Below are positions 1-8,454 of a stretch of DNA of 13,460 nucleotides, piece after piece. The first letter of the stretch is position 1; each line of letters opens with the position of its first letter. This DNA is from Elusimicrobiota bacterium (GTDB lineage Bacteria > Elusimicrobiota > Elusimicrobia > Elusimicrobiales > UBA9959), in NCBI GenBank assembly GCA_037137395.1, contig JBAXKK010000071.1:1-13460 (forward strand), written 5' to 3'. The position numbers and the translations under genes were made by a program. A model generated the notes under the pieces. It was given only the letters and a program-made list of their open reading frames with translations, searched no databases and was not told the origin of the DNA.

Positions 1-1179
1 TGCGTTTTGGCAGAACACGACCCTGAATCTGAAAAAATCAGGATACTCGCCGGCGCCTCCGTGCCCTGCAAGGGCCTGAAAGGCGGGGTTGTGGTTAATA
101 TCGCGGAAACCCAGCGGGCCATCGCCAGCGTCATGGAGCAGGCTGAGGAAAAAGCGAAAGAGATCGTGGGCGAGGTTTATCTCGGAGTCCGCGGCGGGCA
201 CATCCAGACTTTTAATAACCGAGGCGCTTACAACATCGCCCGCGCCGATAAGGAGATAACCGCCGAAGACGTCTCAAACGTCATCGAGAACGCCAAGGCT
301 ATTCCTATTCCGTCTGACAGAGAGATCCTGCATGTCATTCCCCAGGGTTTTTCATTAGACCGGCAGCGCGGCGTCCCCAACCCGGTGGGAATGGAAGGCG
401 CGCTTCTGGAGGTCGGCGTCCACATCGTCACCGCCCAGAGTTCGCACATAAACAACCTGATGAAATCGGTCTCTCAGGCTGGCTTCAGGGTTGTAGATAC
501 TGTCTATAATCTGCTGGCCATCGGCGAATTGGTTGTCTCGCCGGAGGAGAAGGACCTCGGCTGTCTGCTTATCGATATCGGCGGCCAAACCACCGCCATA
601 GGCATCTATTACGAGGGCAGTCTCAGATTTTCCAGCGAGATTCCGCTTGGCGGCGACAATGTGACCCGCGATATCGCTTACGGGCTGGGGACTTCGATGG
701 CTGCGGCGCAGGATGTAAAGGAAAAATATGGCGCCGTACTTTCAAACCTTGTCGAAGAAGACCGCATGATGAATATTACCGGCCTGGACGCCAGGACCAA
801 AAAAGAAATAAAAGCCAGAGACCTATTGGAATACGCACAACCCCGGACCGAGGAAATGTTCGAAAAGATAAACGCTTTTCTACAAAATTGCAATTGTGCC
901 GACCTGCCCGGTGGAGCCATACTTACGGGCGGCGGTTCCCTTCTTAAAGGAATGAACGCGGCAGCGGAACAGCTGCTTGATCTTAAACAGGCTCGGCACG
1001 GGTTTGCCAGGCCTGACATTATAGAGTGTCCGGAGGAGTACCTTAATCAGACCTACACTTCCGCGATAGGTCTGGTGTGTTATCAGTATTTAAAACCCTG
1101 GGCCAATGAGCCGTCCGCGTCGCGTCGGCCACCCATGATTCCCGCGGCCTGGTGGCGTTGGGTAAAGGATCTTTTTTAA
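1..1179 (+). CDS. ftsA: Cell division protein FtsA (actin-like ATPase); N-terminus lies upstream of the window
   Basis: The frame is open from base 1 (C-V-L-A-E...). FtsA motifs: GLKGGVVVNI, REILHVIPQGFSLD, NPVGMEG, LIDIGGQTT (phosphate 2), PLGGDNVTRDIA, ILTGGGSLLKGM. C-terminal amphipathic membrane-targeting helix WWRWVKDLF. Directly upstream of ftsZ. Confidence 0.97.
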   Translation, partial: CVLAEHDPESEKIRILAGASVPCKGLKGGVVVNIAETQRAIASVMEQAEEKAKEIVGEVYLGVRGGHIQTFNNRGAYNIARADKEITAEDVSNVIENAKAIPIPSDREILHVIPQGFSLDRQRGVPNPVGMEGALLEVGVHIVTAQSSHINNLMKSVSQAGFRVVDTVYNLLAIGELVVSPEEKDLGCLLIDIGGQTTAIGIYYEGSLRFSSEIPLGGDNVTRDIAYGLGTSMAAAQDVKEKYGAVLSNLVEEDRMMNITGLDARTKKEIKARDLLEYAQPRTEEMFEKINAFLQNCNCADLPGGAILTGGGSLLKGMNAAAEQLLDLKQARHGFARPDIIECPEEYLNQTYTSAIGLVCYQYLKPWANEPSASRRPPMIPAAWWRWVKDLF

Positions 1180-1183
1180 AGAA

Positions 1184-1267
1184 TTAGATGGATGGGCTGT
1201 AGGCAGTTAGACTGTAGGTAAGAAGCGAAGACGCAATAGACTAATAGCCTTCAGTCTGAACAACCTG
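1184..1267. repeat. Degenerate 7-8-nt tandem repeats in two reverse-complementary arms (AGGCTGT-type / ACAGCCT-type)
   Basis: Left arm GGGCTGT-AGGCAGTT-AGACTGT-AGG (1194-1218). Right arm ATAGACT-AATAGCCT-TCAGTCT-GAACAACCT (~1236-1266). Confidence 0.6.
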
Positions 1268-1291
1268 AGTAATTATTGTTTTCGGACGATT

Positions 1292-1326
1292 TCACTATCC
1301 ACTGACCACTGTTCACTAACCACTAT
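1292..1326 (+). repeat. Five tandem YCACTRW heptamers immediately before the ftsZ ATG
   Basis: TCACTAT CCACTGA CCACTGT TCACTAA CCACTAT. Same family as 12578-12672 and, reverse-complemented, 13280-13314. Confidence 0.9.
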
Positions 1327-1330
1327 TGTT

Positions 1331-2485
1331 ATGAATGACACAAGAATAAGATATAACGGGGATTTCCAGGACAAGGAAGCCAGGATAAAGGTTATAGGTG
1401 TGGGCGGCGGCGGCGGCAACGCCGTCAACCGCATGGTGGAAGCCGATATACGTCTTGTTGACTTTATCTCCCTCAACACCGACGCTCAGGACCTTCGCCG
1501 TAACAGGGCCGCCAATCGTATCCAGATAGGAGAAACCCTTACCAAAGGTCTCGGCGTGGGCGGAGACCCGGCCCGCGGTCGTCAGGCCGCGCTGGAATCC
1601 GTAGACATTATCAAGGAAGCCGTTGCCGATGCTGATTTGATATTCATTACTGCCGGTATGGGCGGGGGGACCGGCACCGGCGCCGCGCCGGTGGTCGCGC
1701 AGACAGCGAAGGAGACATCCGCGGCGCTGGTAATCGGCGTGGTCACAAGGCCTTTTGAATTTGAAGGCACAGTGAGGGCTGATCAGGCTGACCAGGGCAT
1801 TCATGAGATGCGTAAATACGTGGATTCTCTTCTTGTAATTCCCAACGACCGCCTTCGAGATATCGTGGATATTAATACCCCGGCAACGGAAGCTTATCGT
1901 ATCGCTGACGACGTTCTCAGGCAAGCCATTCAGGGCATCTCCGATGTTATTACCACTGCCGGCATTATTAATGTGGACTTTCAGGATGTGCGCAAGATCA
2001 TGACCAAATCGGGGGAAGCTTTGATCGGTATAGGGCGCGCCTCCGGAGAAAAACGTCACTTGGACGCCGCCTCTAAAGCCATCCATTCCCCGATGCTGGA
2101 AAATGCCGTGATAGACGGGGCTAAGGGCATACTGGTGAGCTTTACCAGCGCCAGGAATCTTAAGCTTTCCGAGATACAGGAAGCCATGGAGTATATCAGG
2201 AAGTCGTCAAACCCTGACGCGTTTATAAAATTCGGGCAGGCTGACGACGACTCTATGGGGGATGAATTAAAAATAACCGTGATAGCCACCGGTTTCCCTT
2301 CCCGTCCCAAGACAGATTTGAGCATAGATCTGGAAAGGCACCGCCACAAAAAAAGGTCGCGCCCGGCCGAGGATTTTTTTGACAATATGGGCGGTCCGAA
2401 CATGATGAATTCCGGTATCCCGGACGAAGATCTGGACAGGCCGGCTTTTATGAGACGCAAGGCAGGCAGCCGCAAACTTAAATAA
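1331..2485 (+). CDS. ftsZ: Cell division GTPase FtsZ
   Basis: [17 protein letters not shown]; tubulin signature [10 protein letters not shown]7 loop [17 protein letters not shown]-terminal conserved peptide [11 protein letters not shown]. Confidence 0.99.
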   Translation: MNDTRIRYNGDFQDKEARIKVIGVGGGGGNAVNRMVEADIRLVDFISLNTDAQDLRRNRAANRIQIGETLTKGLGVGGDPARGRQAALESVDIIKEAVADADLIFITAGMGGGTGTGAAPVVAQTAKETSAALVIGVVTRPFEFEGTVRADQADQGIHEMRKYVDSLLVIPNDRLRDIVDINTPATEAYRIADDVLRQAIQGISDVITTAGIINVDFQDVRKIMTKSGEALIGIGRASGEKRHLDAASKAIHSPMLENAVIDGAKGILVSFTSARNLKLSEIQEAMEYIRKSSNPDAFIKFGQADDDSMGDELKITVIATGFPSRPKTDLSIDLERHRHKKRSRPAEDFFDNMGGPNMMNSGIPDEDLDRPAFMRRKAGSRKLK

Positions 2486-2486
2486 G

Positions 2487-2571
2487 ATAGGGTATAGGGG
2501 TTAGGGGAAAGGGTAGAAAAAATATGTACAAAACCCTGTTCTCAACCCTAACCCCTGAACCCTATACCCTG
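2487..2571. repeat. Heptamer tandem repeats in inverted arms (WWAGGGK x4 / ACCCT-type x4)
   Basis: ATAGGGT ATAGGGG TTAGGGG AAAGGGT (2487-2514) and AACCCTA ACCCCTG AACCCTA TACCCTG (2544-2571). Confidence 0.9.
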
Positions 2572-2579
2572 AAATACTT

Positions 2580-3668
2580 ATGGCTATAAATCTCAATCTG
2601 TTGTTGAAAGTGATGGTGCAGAATAAGGCGAGCGATACCCATATAAGGGGCGATGCGCCCGTCTACCTGCGCATCAACGGCGATATAACGCAAATCAACG
2701 ATTCCGTCATGACCTCCAAAGAAGTGGAGGATATGGTATTCCCCCTGATGAATCCCCGACTAAGGTCCATCTTCGATGAAAAGCATGAGGTGGATTTTTC
2801 CGTGGAAGGGGATGAGCTCGGCCGGTTCCGTTTCAACGTCTATATCCAGAAGACCAAGATATGCGTCGCTGTCAGACACATTCCCCGCAAGATTCCGACT
2901 TTCGAAGATCTGAAACTTCCCACGGACTCCATCAAGAAACTTCTGGTAAACGAGCGCGGTCTGATCCTGGTTACCGGCATAACTGGTTCGGGCAAGACCT
3001 CCACGCTGGCTTCCATGATCGAGTACCTTAATCAGACATGGGAAAGTCATGTCATCACCATAGAAGACCCCATAGAATTCATCTTCACCGACAAAAAAAG
3101 CATTATAAGCCAGCGGGAAGTGGGAACTGATACCAATAATTTCGTGGATGCGCTGCGCGCGGCTATGCGTCAGGACCCTGACATTATACTGGTGGGCGAG
3201 ATGCGCGATCTGGAGACCACCCAGGCCGCGATAACCGCCGCCGAGACCGGACACCTGGTTTTCGCGACACTGCACACCGTCAACGCGGTTCAGACGCTTT
3301 CCAGGATAGTGGATCTTTACCCGCCGCACCAGCAGGCGCAAGTGCGAATGCAGCTAGCTGAAACAGTTAAAGGCATCGTCTCCCAGCGCCTTCTGCCCTG
3401 TTCGAACGGCGGACGCATTCCGGCCGTGGAGGTCCTGACCGGCACGGCGCACATCAAGAAGATGATAGCTGAGAATAATTTGGATGCTATTAATCAGGCC
3501 ATCGCTAAGGGCGCTTTTTATGGCATGCAGTCGTTCAATCAGTCTTTGGTAGCTCTGCATAAGCATGGCTTGGCGAAACTTGAGGATATTATTCAGGCGG
3601 CGTCTAATCCTGACGACGTTCTGCTGGCCATAAAGGGTATAGAGCAGGAGATAGAAACTAAAAGATAA
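2580..3668 (+). CDS. pilT: Type IV pilus retraction ATPase, PilT/PilU family
   Basis: ASDTHI..LRING N-domain; RFRFNVY; Walker A GITGSGKT; Asp box TIEDPIEF; SQREVG; Walker B RQDPDIILVGEMRD; His box GHLVFATLHT; GMQSFNQSL. The AIRNLIRE motif is replaced by HIKKMIAE, so it may be a PilU-like paralogue. Confidence 0.88.
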   Translation: MAINLNLLLKVMVQNKASDTHIRGDAPVYLRINGDITQINDSVMTSKEVEDMVFPLMNPRLRSIFDEKHEVDFSVEGDELGRFRFNVYIQKTKICVAVRHIPRKIPTFEDLKLPTDSIKKLLVNERGLILVTGITGSGKTSTLASMIEYLNQTWESHVITIEDPIEFIFTDKKSIISQREVGTDTNNFVDALRAAMRQDPDIILVGEMRDLETTQAAITAAETGHLVFATLHTVNAVQTLSRIVDLYPPHQQAQVRMQLAETVKGIVSQRLLPCSNGGRIPAVEVLTGTAHIKKMIAENNLDAINQAIAKGAFYGMQSFNQSLVALHKHGLAKLEDIIQAASNPDDVLLAIKGIEQEIETKR

Positions 3669-3671
3669 CAT

Positions 3672-3760
3672 CCGTAAGCCGGAAAGCGGGAAGCGTAAAG
3701 AGCATGGCCCGGGAAACATTCGATTCTTAACTCTTTACGCTTTACTCTTTACGCTTTACG
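3672..3760. repeat. Heptamer tandem repeats in inverted arms (CGTAAAG-type / CTTTACG x4)
   Basis: CCGTAAG CCGGAAAG CGGGAAG CGTAAAG (3672-3700) and CTTTACG CTTTACT CTTTACG CTTTACG (3733-3760). Confidence 0.9.
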
Positions 3761-3777
3761 ATACGAGGAGACATCTT

Positions 3778-4488
3778 ATGTTCGCAGAAGGTTACATCGG
3801 CATAGCGGGACTCATCGGCGTGGGGAAATCCACGCTCACCATGGAGCTGGCCAAAGCCCTGAATTTTGAACCCATACTCGAGGAGGTCGGCGGCAACCCC
3901 TACCTTGAAAATTTCTACGGCGACATGAAACAGTATGGGACCATCATGCAGATCTGGCTTTTAAACCATAGGTTTCGCCAGCACAGGGAATTTGTTTCCA
4001 GGATAAGTCTCGGCAAAATACGCGGCGTGGTGCAGGATAGGACCATTTGGGAAGACACTATATTCGCGCGCATGCTAAACCAACACCCCGATAAAATTAT
4101 TACCGACATGGATTATAATACCTACCTCGACCTTTTTGACAACATGGTCCTGCGCGAACTGGTGTTTCCGCAGCTGCTTATTTTTCTGGACTGCAAGATA
4201 GAGACGTCCATAGCCAGAATAAAATCCCGCGGCCGCGATATGGAAAAGACCATAGAGCCGGAATATCTTAAAAGCCTTCAGGAAAACTATTACCAATTTA
4301 TAGAGGAGATGGAGGCCGCCGGTGTCAGGATCCTGCGCCTGAACTGGGAAAATTTCCAGCCGATGAGCGAGGTTGTTCGCCTCGTGCACGAGTATTCTTT
4401 AAAGCCTTCCAATTTTACAAAATGGGTACGCCCGCTCAGAAAGATGGGTATGGATAATAATGCCAATCTTCCCAAAATCACAGTTTAA
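3778..4488 (+). CDS. Deoxynucleoside kinase (dGK/dCK/dAK family)
   Basis: P-loop GLIGVGKSTL; EEVGGNPYLENFY; Q-I-W-L-L-N-H-R-F-R-Q; DRS-like motif QDRTIWED; lid RIKSRGRDME. SD GAGGAG at 3765-3770. Confidence 0.92.
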   Translation: MFAEGYIGIAGLIGVGKSTLTMELAKALNFEPILEEVGGNPYLENFYGDMKQYGTIMQIWLLNHRFRQHREFVSRISLGKIRGVVQDRTIWEDTIFARMLNQHPDKIITDMDYNTYLDLFDNMVLRELVFPQLLIFLDCKIETSIARIKSRGRDMEKTIEPEYLKSLQENYYQFIEEMEAAGVRILRLNWENFQPMSEVVRLVHEYSLKPSNFTKWVRPLRKMGMDNNANLPKITV

Positions 4489-4511
4489 CGGATGTGCCGG
4501 CCGCGCTTTAC

Positions 4512-4600
4512 GCCATAGGCCATATGCCAGACACGAAAAAACATGCATACGCGATAAACGCGCCCTCGCTGCCTATGGCTTATAGCATACGGCTTATGGC
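4512..4600. repeat. Heptamer tandem repeats in inverted arms (GCCATAG-type / CTATGGC-type)
   Basis: GCCATAG GCCATAT GCCAGAC (4512-4532) and CTATGGC TTATAGC ATACGGC TTATGGC (4573-4600). Confidence 0.85.
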
Positions 4601-4609
4601 AGGGCTAAT

Positions 4610-5296
4610 ATGATCAAACGTCCAAAAGGGATCATTGTAGCGATTGATGGGCCAGCCGGAGTCGGTAAATCCACCATCGGCAAAGCCGTGGCCGCCCGCC
4701 TTAGCTATAGCTTTATAAGTACAGGTAAAATGTACCGGGCTCTGGCGTGGAAAGCGCTTTCTTCAGGAGTGGATCTGGAGAACGAATCCGGCCTTATCTG
4801 TCTCGCCCGCTCAGTCAAATGGGAATTGAAACCTTCAGACACCCCGGAACCGCAGCTTTGCGTGGATGGGCGTCCGCTTGACCGTGAGATAACGGATGAG
4901 ACGGTGGGGAAAGCTTCCAGCGCGGTTTCTAAATTCGCCGAAGTCCGCGGATTTATGCGCGATATGCAGCGCGCTATCGGCGCAGAAGGCGGCGTAGTTA
5001 TGGAAGGCCGCGATATCGGCACCAATGTTTTTCCGGACGCCGAGCTGAAAATTTACCTGGACGCTTCACCTGAAGCCAGAGCCGGGCGCCGGGTGGGGCA
5101 GCTTCGGGATCAGGGCCTTGAATCCGACCGAGCCGCCATCCTGGATTTTATAATCAGCCGGGACAATCAGGACTCGCAGCGGAAAAATAATCCGCTGAAA
5201 CAGGCTGAAGGCGGCCATTATATAGATTCCACCAGCATGGATCGGGATCAGGTGGTTATGGAGATACTCAGGTTATGCGCCCAAGTTATGGCCTGA
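4610..5296 (+). CDS. cmk: Cytidylate kinase
   Basis: AIDGPAGVGKST P-loop; STGKMYRA; VMEGRDIGTNVFPDAELKIYLDAS; RDNQDSQR; IDSTSM. Sits in the typical cmk-plsC-rpsA cluster. Confidence 0.97.
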   Translation: MIKRPKGIIVAIDGPAGVGKSTIGKAVAARLSYSFISTGKMYRALAWKALSSGVDLENESGLICLARSVKWELKPSDTPEPQLCVDGRPLDREITDETVGKASSAVSKFAEVRGFMRDMQRAIGAEGGVVMEGRDIGTNVFPDAELKIYLDASPEARAGRRVGQLRDQGLESDRAAILDFIISRDNQDSQRKNNPLKQAEGGHYIDSTSMDRDQVVMEILRLCAQVMA

Positions 5297-5898
5297 TGGC
5301 AGGTATATCCCTTCGGTCTTTCCTTTTTTCCGCCCGCGTTTTTTTCAGGGTGTTTAACCGCATGGAAGTAAAAGGCCTGGACCGTATACCTGTCTCCGGA
5401 CCGCTCATTATAGTCGCCAACCATGTAGGCAACGCCGACCCGCCCGCCCTGATGTCTTGTGTCGTTCCCGTGCGGCCCGCGGCCATGATGACGAAAAAAG
5501 AACTGTTCGCGTTCCCTCCTCTTGGCAGACTTTTCAGGAGCTGGGGGGGGATTCCGGTGGACCGGCGACGCGAGGGTGGCGACCTCGGCGCCCTTCGTGA
5601 AGGCATAGATCTGCTTAAGAACGGCGGCTGCCTTGTGCTTTTTCCGGAGGGTACAAGGGCCAGGGGCCGCCAGCTGAAACCCAAGCTCGGCGTGGCCATG
5701 CTGGCGCACAAAACGGGCGCTCCGGTACTGTCCGTCAGAATTTTTAACACCGAAAATTTCTCAAAATTAGGTAAAATAACTATTAAGTTCGGGAATATAA
5801 GAAGTTACGACTCAACTACCGCGCTCGACCGCAAAGAGGCTTACGCTGAATTTTCGCAGACCATCATGTCAGATATATTTGCCATAACGGAGGAATAA
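5296..5898 (+). CDS. plsC: 1-acyl-sn-glycerol-3-phosphate acyltransferase (PlsC/LPLAT family)
   Basis: Catalytic HX4D in ANHVGNADP; KKELF; IPVDR; FPEGTR. Start placed at ATG 5296, which overlaps the cmk stop (TGATG), rather than at 5275. Confidence 0.92.
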   Translation: MAGISLRSFLFSARVFFRVFNRMEVKGLDRIPVSGPLIIVANHVGNADPPALMSCVVPVRPAAMMTKKELFAFPPLGRLFRSWGGIPVDRRREGGDLGALREGIDLLKNGGCLVLFPEGTRARGRQLKPKLGVAMLAHKTGAPVLSVRIFNTENFSKLGKITIKFGNIRSYDSTTALDRKEAYAEFSQTIMSDIFAITEE

Positions 5899-5906
5899 GT
5901 ACATCC

Positions 5907-7106
5907 ATGCATAACAATGAAACGCAGCAGAATTTAAACGACGGTGAGAACCTGGAAAAAAAGGACGTAGCCGGCCACACCGAAGAGGAAATGTCGATGG
6001 CGGATCTTCTGAAGGCCGAAGGCGAAGTTTCAAATAAGATCTACTCACGGGACATAGTTAAAGTCAAGGTCGTGCAGGTTACGGCAGAGCATGTGTTGGT
6101 GGATATCGGTGAGAAAAAAGAAGCCATAATTCCCGTTTCTGATTTTCAAGATGAAAAACTGCCGGAAGTCGGCGCTGAAGTAATGGCGGTGCTGGAGCGC
6201 AAAGGCGGCGAGCATACGATTCTTTCACACCGCAAGGCTATGGAGAAAATGGCCTGGGCATGGGCTAAGAAGATGTTTGAAGCCAAGGAGCGCGTGAAGG
6301 GCCGCGTCACTGACGTTGTAAAGGGTGGCTATATCGTGGACCTCTCGGGCCTAAGGTCTTTTATGCCGCTTTCCCTGTCTGAGATCGGCGGCGCGCACAG
6401 GCATTACCTGCCCGCCAACGCGAAGGTGAAGTTCTATATAACTGATTTCTCGGAAAAAGACCGCAAAATCGTGGTTTCCCGGCGTCAGGTGCTTGAAGAG
6501 GACGAAAAGGATCGCCGTATCGAAGTGATGGGTGAGGTTTCCCCGGGCGGTATCGTGCGGGCCGTTGTCTCCAAAGTCGCGGCCGACGGACTTTCGGTCA
6601 GATTTCAGGGCATAGAAGGCTTTGTCGCGCTGAACGATGTTGATTGGAAGAATCCCGCGGAAGCTCTCAAAACCTATAAGCGCGGACAGCGCGTGAAGTG
6701 TAAAATCTTGTCTATGGACAAGGAAAAAGAAAAAATGTCCTTCGGTCTTAAGCAGCTAATCCCTAACCCGGTAGACGTGCTCAAACGCAAATTCCCTTAC
6801 CGGTCTGTCCTCAGGGTAAAAGTGGTCGCCTCGTCGGAAGCCGGGGCGAAGGTTAAAATTTCAGATCAGGTGGACGGATTTATCCCGGCGGAGGAGTACG
6901 GCTTTGAAACCGCGCTGAAAGAGGGTCAGGAACTCAAAGGCGTTCTCATCGCCATCAATTCATCCACGTACGAGCTGGTGCTTTCCGTTAAGAAGCTGGA
7001 GGAGATGGAGGATCGAAAAAAAGTTCAGCAGTATATGAAAGGAGCTCCGACCCTGACGCTCGGCCAGATTTTGCTGGAGAACTCGGAGGATGAAGGTGAA
7101 GTGTGA
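5907..7106 (+). CDS. rpsA: Ribosomal protein S1-like protein, short form with about four S1 domains
   Basis: Domain 1 VLVDIGEKKEAIIP; domain 2 VKGGYIVDLSGLRSFMPLS..IVVSRR; domain 3 ending MSFGLKQL; domain 4 ending LVLSVKKL; C-terminal TLGQIL tail. Synteny with cmk/plsC. Confidence 0.8.
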   Translation: MHNNETQQNLNDGENLEKKDVAGHTEEEMSMADLLKAEGEVSNKIYSRDIVKVKVVQVTAEHVLVDIGEKKEAIIPVSDFQDEKLPEVGAEVMAVLERKGGEHTILSHRKAMEKMAWAWAKKMFEAKERVKGRVTDVVKGGYIVDLSGLRSFMPLSLSEIGGAHRHYLPANAKVKFYITDFSEKDRKIVVSRRQVLEEDEKDRRIEVMGEVSPGGIVRAVVSKVAADGLSVRFQGIEGFVALNDVDWKNPAEALKTYKRGQRVKCKILSMDKEKEKMSFGLKQLIPNPVDVLKRKFPYRSVLRVKVVASSEAGAKVKISDQVDGFIPAEEYGFETALKEGQELKGVLIAINSSTYELVLSVKKLEEMEDRKKVQQYMKGAPTLTLGQILLENSEDEGEV

Positions 7107-8125
7107 GTCCCATTTTAGGAAACTTCTTCCAGACCGTAATTAAAAAAGTTTTGCCCTGCGCTTTTAGCCGGCCGGCGGAATCCTCTGATTCAGCGCTTGC
7201 TCCGGACATATGTAACCCCTCTCCAAAAGAACGCGGCCTGTCGCGTTACGCGTTGCCGGCGGTTTTTGTTGCCGCTTTCATCGTTCTGGTAGTTTACGCT
7301 GTTTCTACGCTGGATTTCTACCCGTATTCCGGCCGGTTTCCCAGAACTAAAACAGAATTCCTGAAATCCGGCCGGCTGGATCGCAAACTTTCCAGACTTG
7401 AAAAAAAGATCAAAACCAACCCCAACGATATCCGGGCTTTTTTCGAGTCCGGCCTTTTAAAATTCCAGAAGGGGCCTGATCGCTATATCGACGCTATTTC
7501 CGATCTTGAGACCGCCCGTTCCGGGGGGCTTTCCGACATCCGCACCTTCTATTACCTAGGCCAGATGTATCAGGCTGTCGGGCTATATGATTTCGCGCTT
7601 GAGGAATACCGCCGTTTTCTCAATAATCGGCCGGACGATCTTGAGGTCAGTCTGCTGGCCGCCAAGCTGTTTTTCCATTCGGGAAAATATCCCCTGGCGG
7701 TGAAGGAATACGAGAGTCTGAGCGCCAGGCATCCTAAAAATATCATCGTACTTGAAAATCTAGCTCTGTCCCGCTGGAAGAACGGCCAGGACCCTAAATC
7801 CATACTCGATATCATGGGCGGCCTGGGAGCTGAAGCCGCTTTCAGAGCGGACTATGTTTACGGGCGCATCGATTATGAAAACAAGGACTACGCTGCGGCC
7901 GCGTCAAGACTTGAGCGCGCCGCCGCTGACCTTCTGAAGTATCCTGAGTTTTCGGACAGGGTCGTGCTTTACCAGATGCTTAGCGACTGCTATGTGAAAC
8001 TAAAGTCCGAGGCCCGGGCTATAGAAGCTCTTAACGAGCTGCTGAAGATAAGCCCCGCGAACGATGAGGCCCGCTCGCTGCTGGCGAGGCTTATTAAAAT
8101 CCGCAGCAAGACGGCGGCAAAATAA
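7103..8125 (+). CDS. Membrane-anchored tetratricopeptide-repeat (TPR) protein
   Basis: GTG start overlaps the S1 stop (GTGA). Hydrophobic segment ALPAVFVAAFIVLVVYAV, followed by TPR-like repeats (YYLGQMYQAVGLYDFALEEYRRFLNNRPDD; AIEALNELLKISPANDEARSLL). The exact start is uncertain. Confidence 0.82.
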   Translation: MSPILGNFFQTVIKKVLPCAFSRPAESSDSALAPDICNPSPKERGLSRYALPAVFVAAFIVLVVYAVSTLDFYPYSGRFPRTKTEFLKSGRLDRKLSRLEKKIKTNPNDIRAFFESGLLKFQKGPDRYIDAISDLETARSGGLSDIRTFYYLGQMYQAVGLYDFALEEYRRFLNNRPDDLEVSLLAAKLFFHSGKYPLAVKEYESLSARHPKNIIVLENLALSRWKNGQDPKSILDIMGGLGAEAAFRADYVYGRIDYENKDYAAAASRLERAAADLLKYPEFSDRVVLYQMLSDCYVKLKSEARAIEALNELLKISPANDEARSLLARLIKIRSKTAAK

Positions 8126-8173
8126 GCGCAAATTATCCGCTAAAGTAAATATAAGGCTGAGATAACGAAGCAA

Positions 8174-8318
8174 TGGAGCGGGTGACAGGGGATCTGGGTT
8201 AGTGGAACCCTCCGGAAGCCGAGGCTTGCGTAGCGACGAGGCTGAGGACGGGAAGTGCGCCCACGGTGTGGGCGACACTGGTTCCACGTTCCAGGCCCCT
8301 GGCAGGCCCTGCGCACCA
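8174..8318. other. 145-nt branched hairpin element with tRNA-3'-end-like termini on both strands
   Basis: Pairings CAGGGG/CCCCTG, CTGG/CCAG and GTGGAACC (8202-8209)/GGTTCCAC (8280-8287); inner hairpin CGCCCAC-GGT-GTGGGCG. The minus strand ends GATCCCCTGTCACCCGCTCCA; the plus strand ends CCCTGCGCACCA. Confidence 0.55.
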
Positions 8319-8454
8319 GAAGATTGTAACTAAAAGTGAAGCCCACTTCACCCATTGGGCGAAATCTGGTTTATTATGTAGCCGCATGCTTCGCGAAGAT
8401 TTGGGAATAAGTGGGCTTTGCCCCGGGTTTAAAATAATATACACAATCAAGAAA

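Noticed and set aside
2487..2571. Telomere-like TTAGGG repeats or eukaryotic contamination
   Set aside because: The period is 7, not 6, and the tract shares its architecture with the other intergenic heptamer families between bacterial genes.
8174..8318. SRP RNA (ffs), tmRNA or an intact tRNA
   Set aside because: There is no SRP helix-8 motif (CAGG-N-CC-GRAA-GG-N-AGCAG), no D or anticodon arm, and it is too short for tmRNA with no tag ORF recognised.
8266..8454. 63-aa N-terminal extension of the Omp85 ORF as given in the ORF track
   Set aside because: It runs through the hairpin element and AT-rich promoter-like DNA. The signal peptide begins at ATG 8455.
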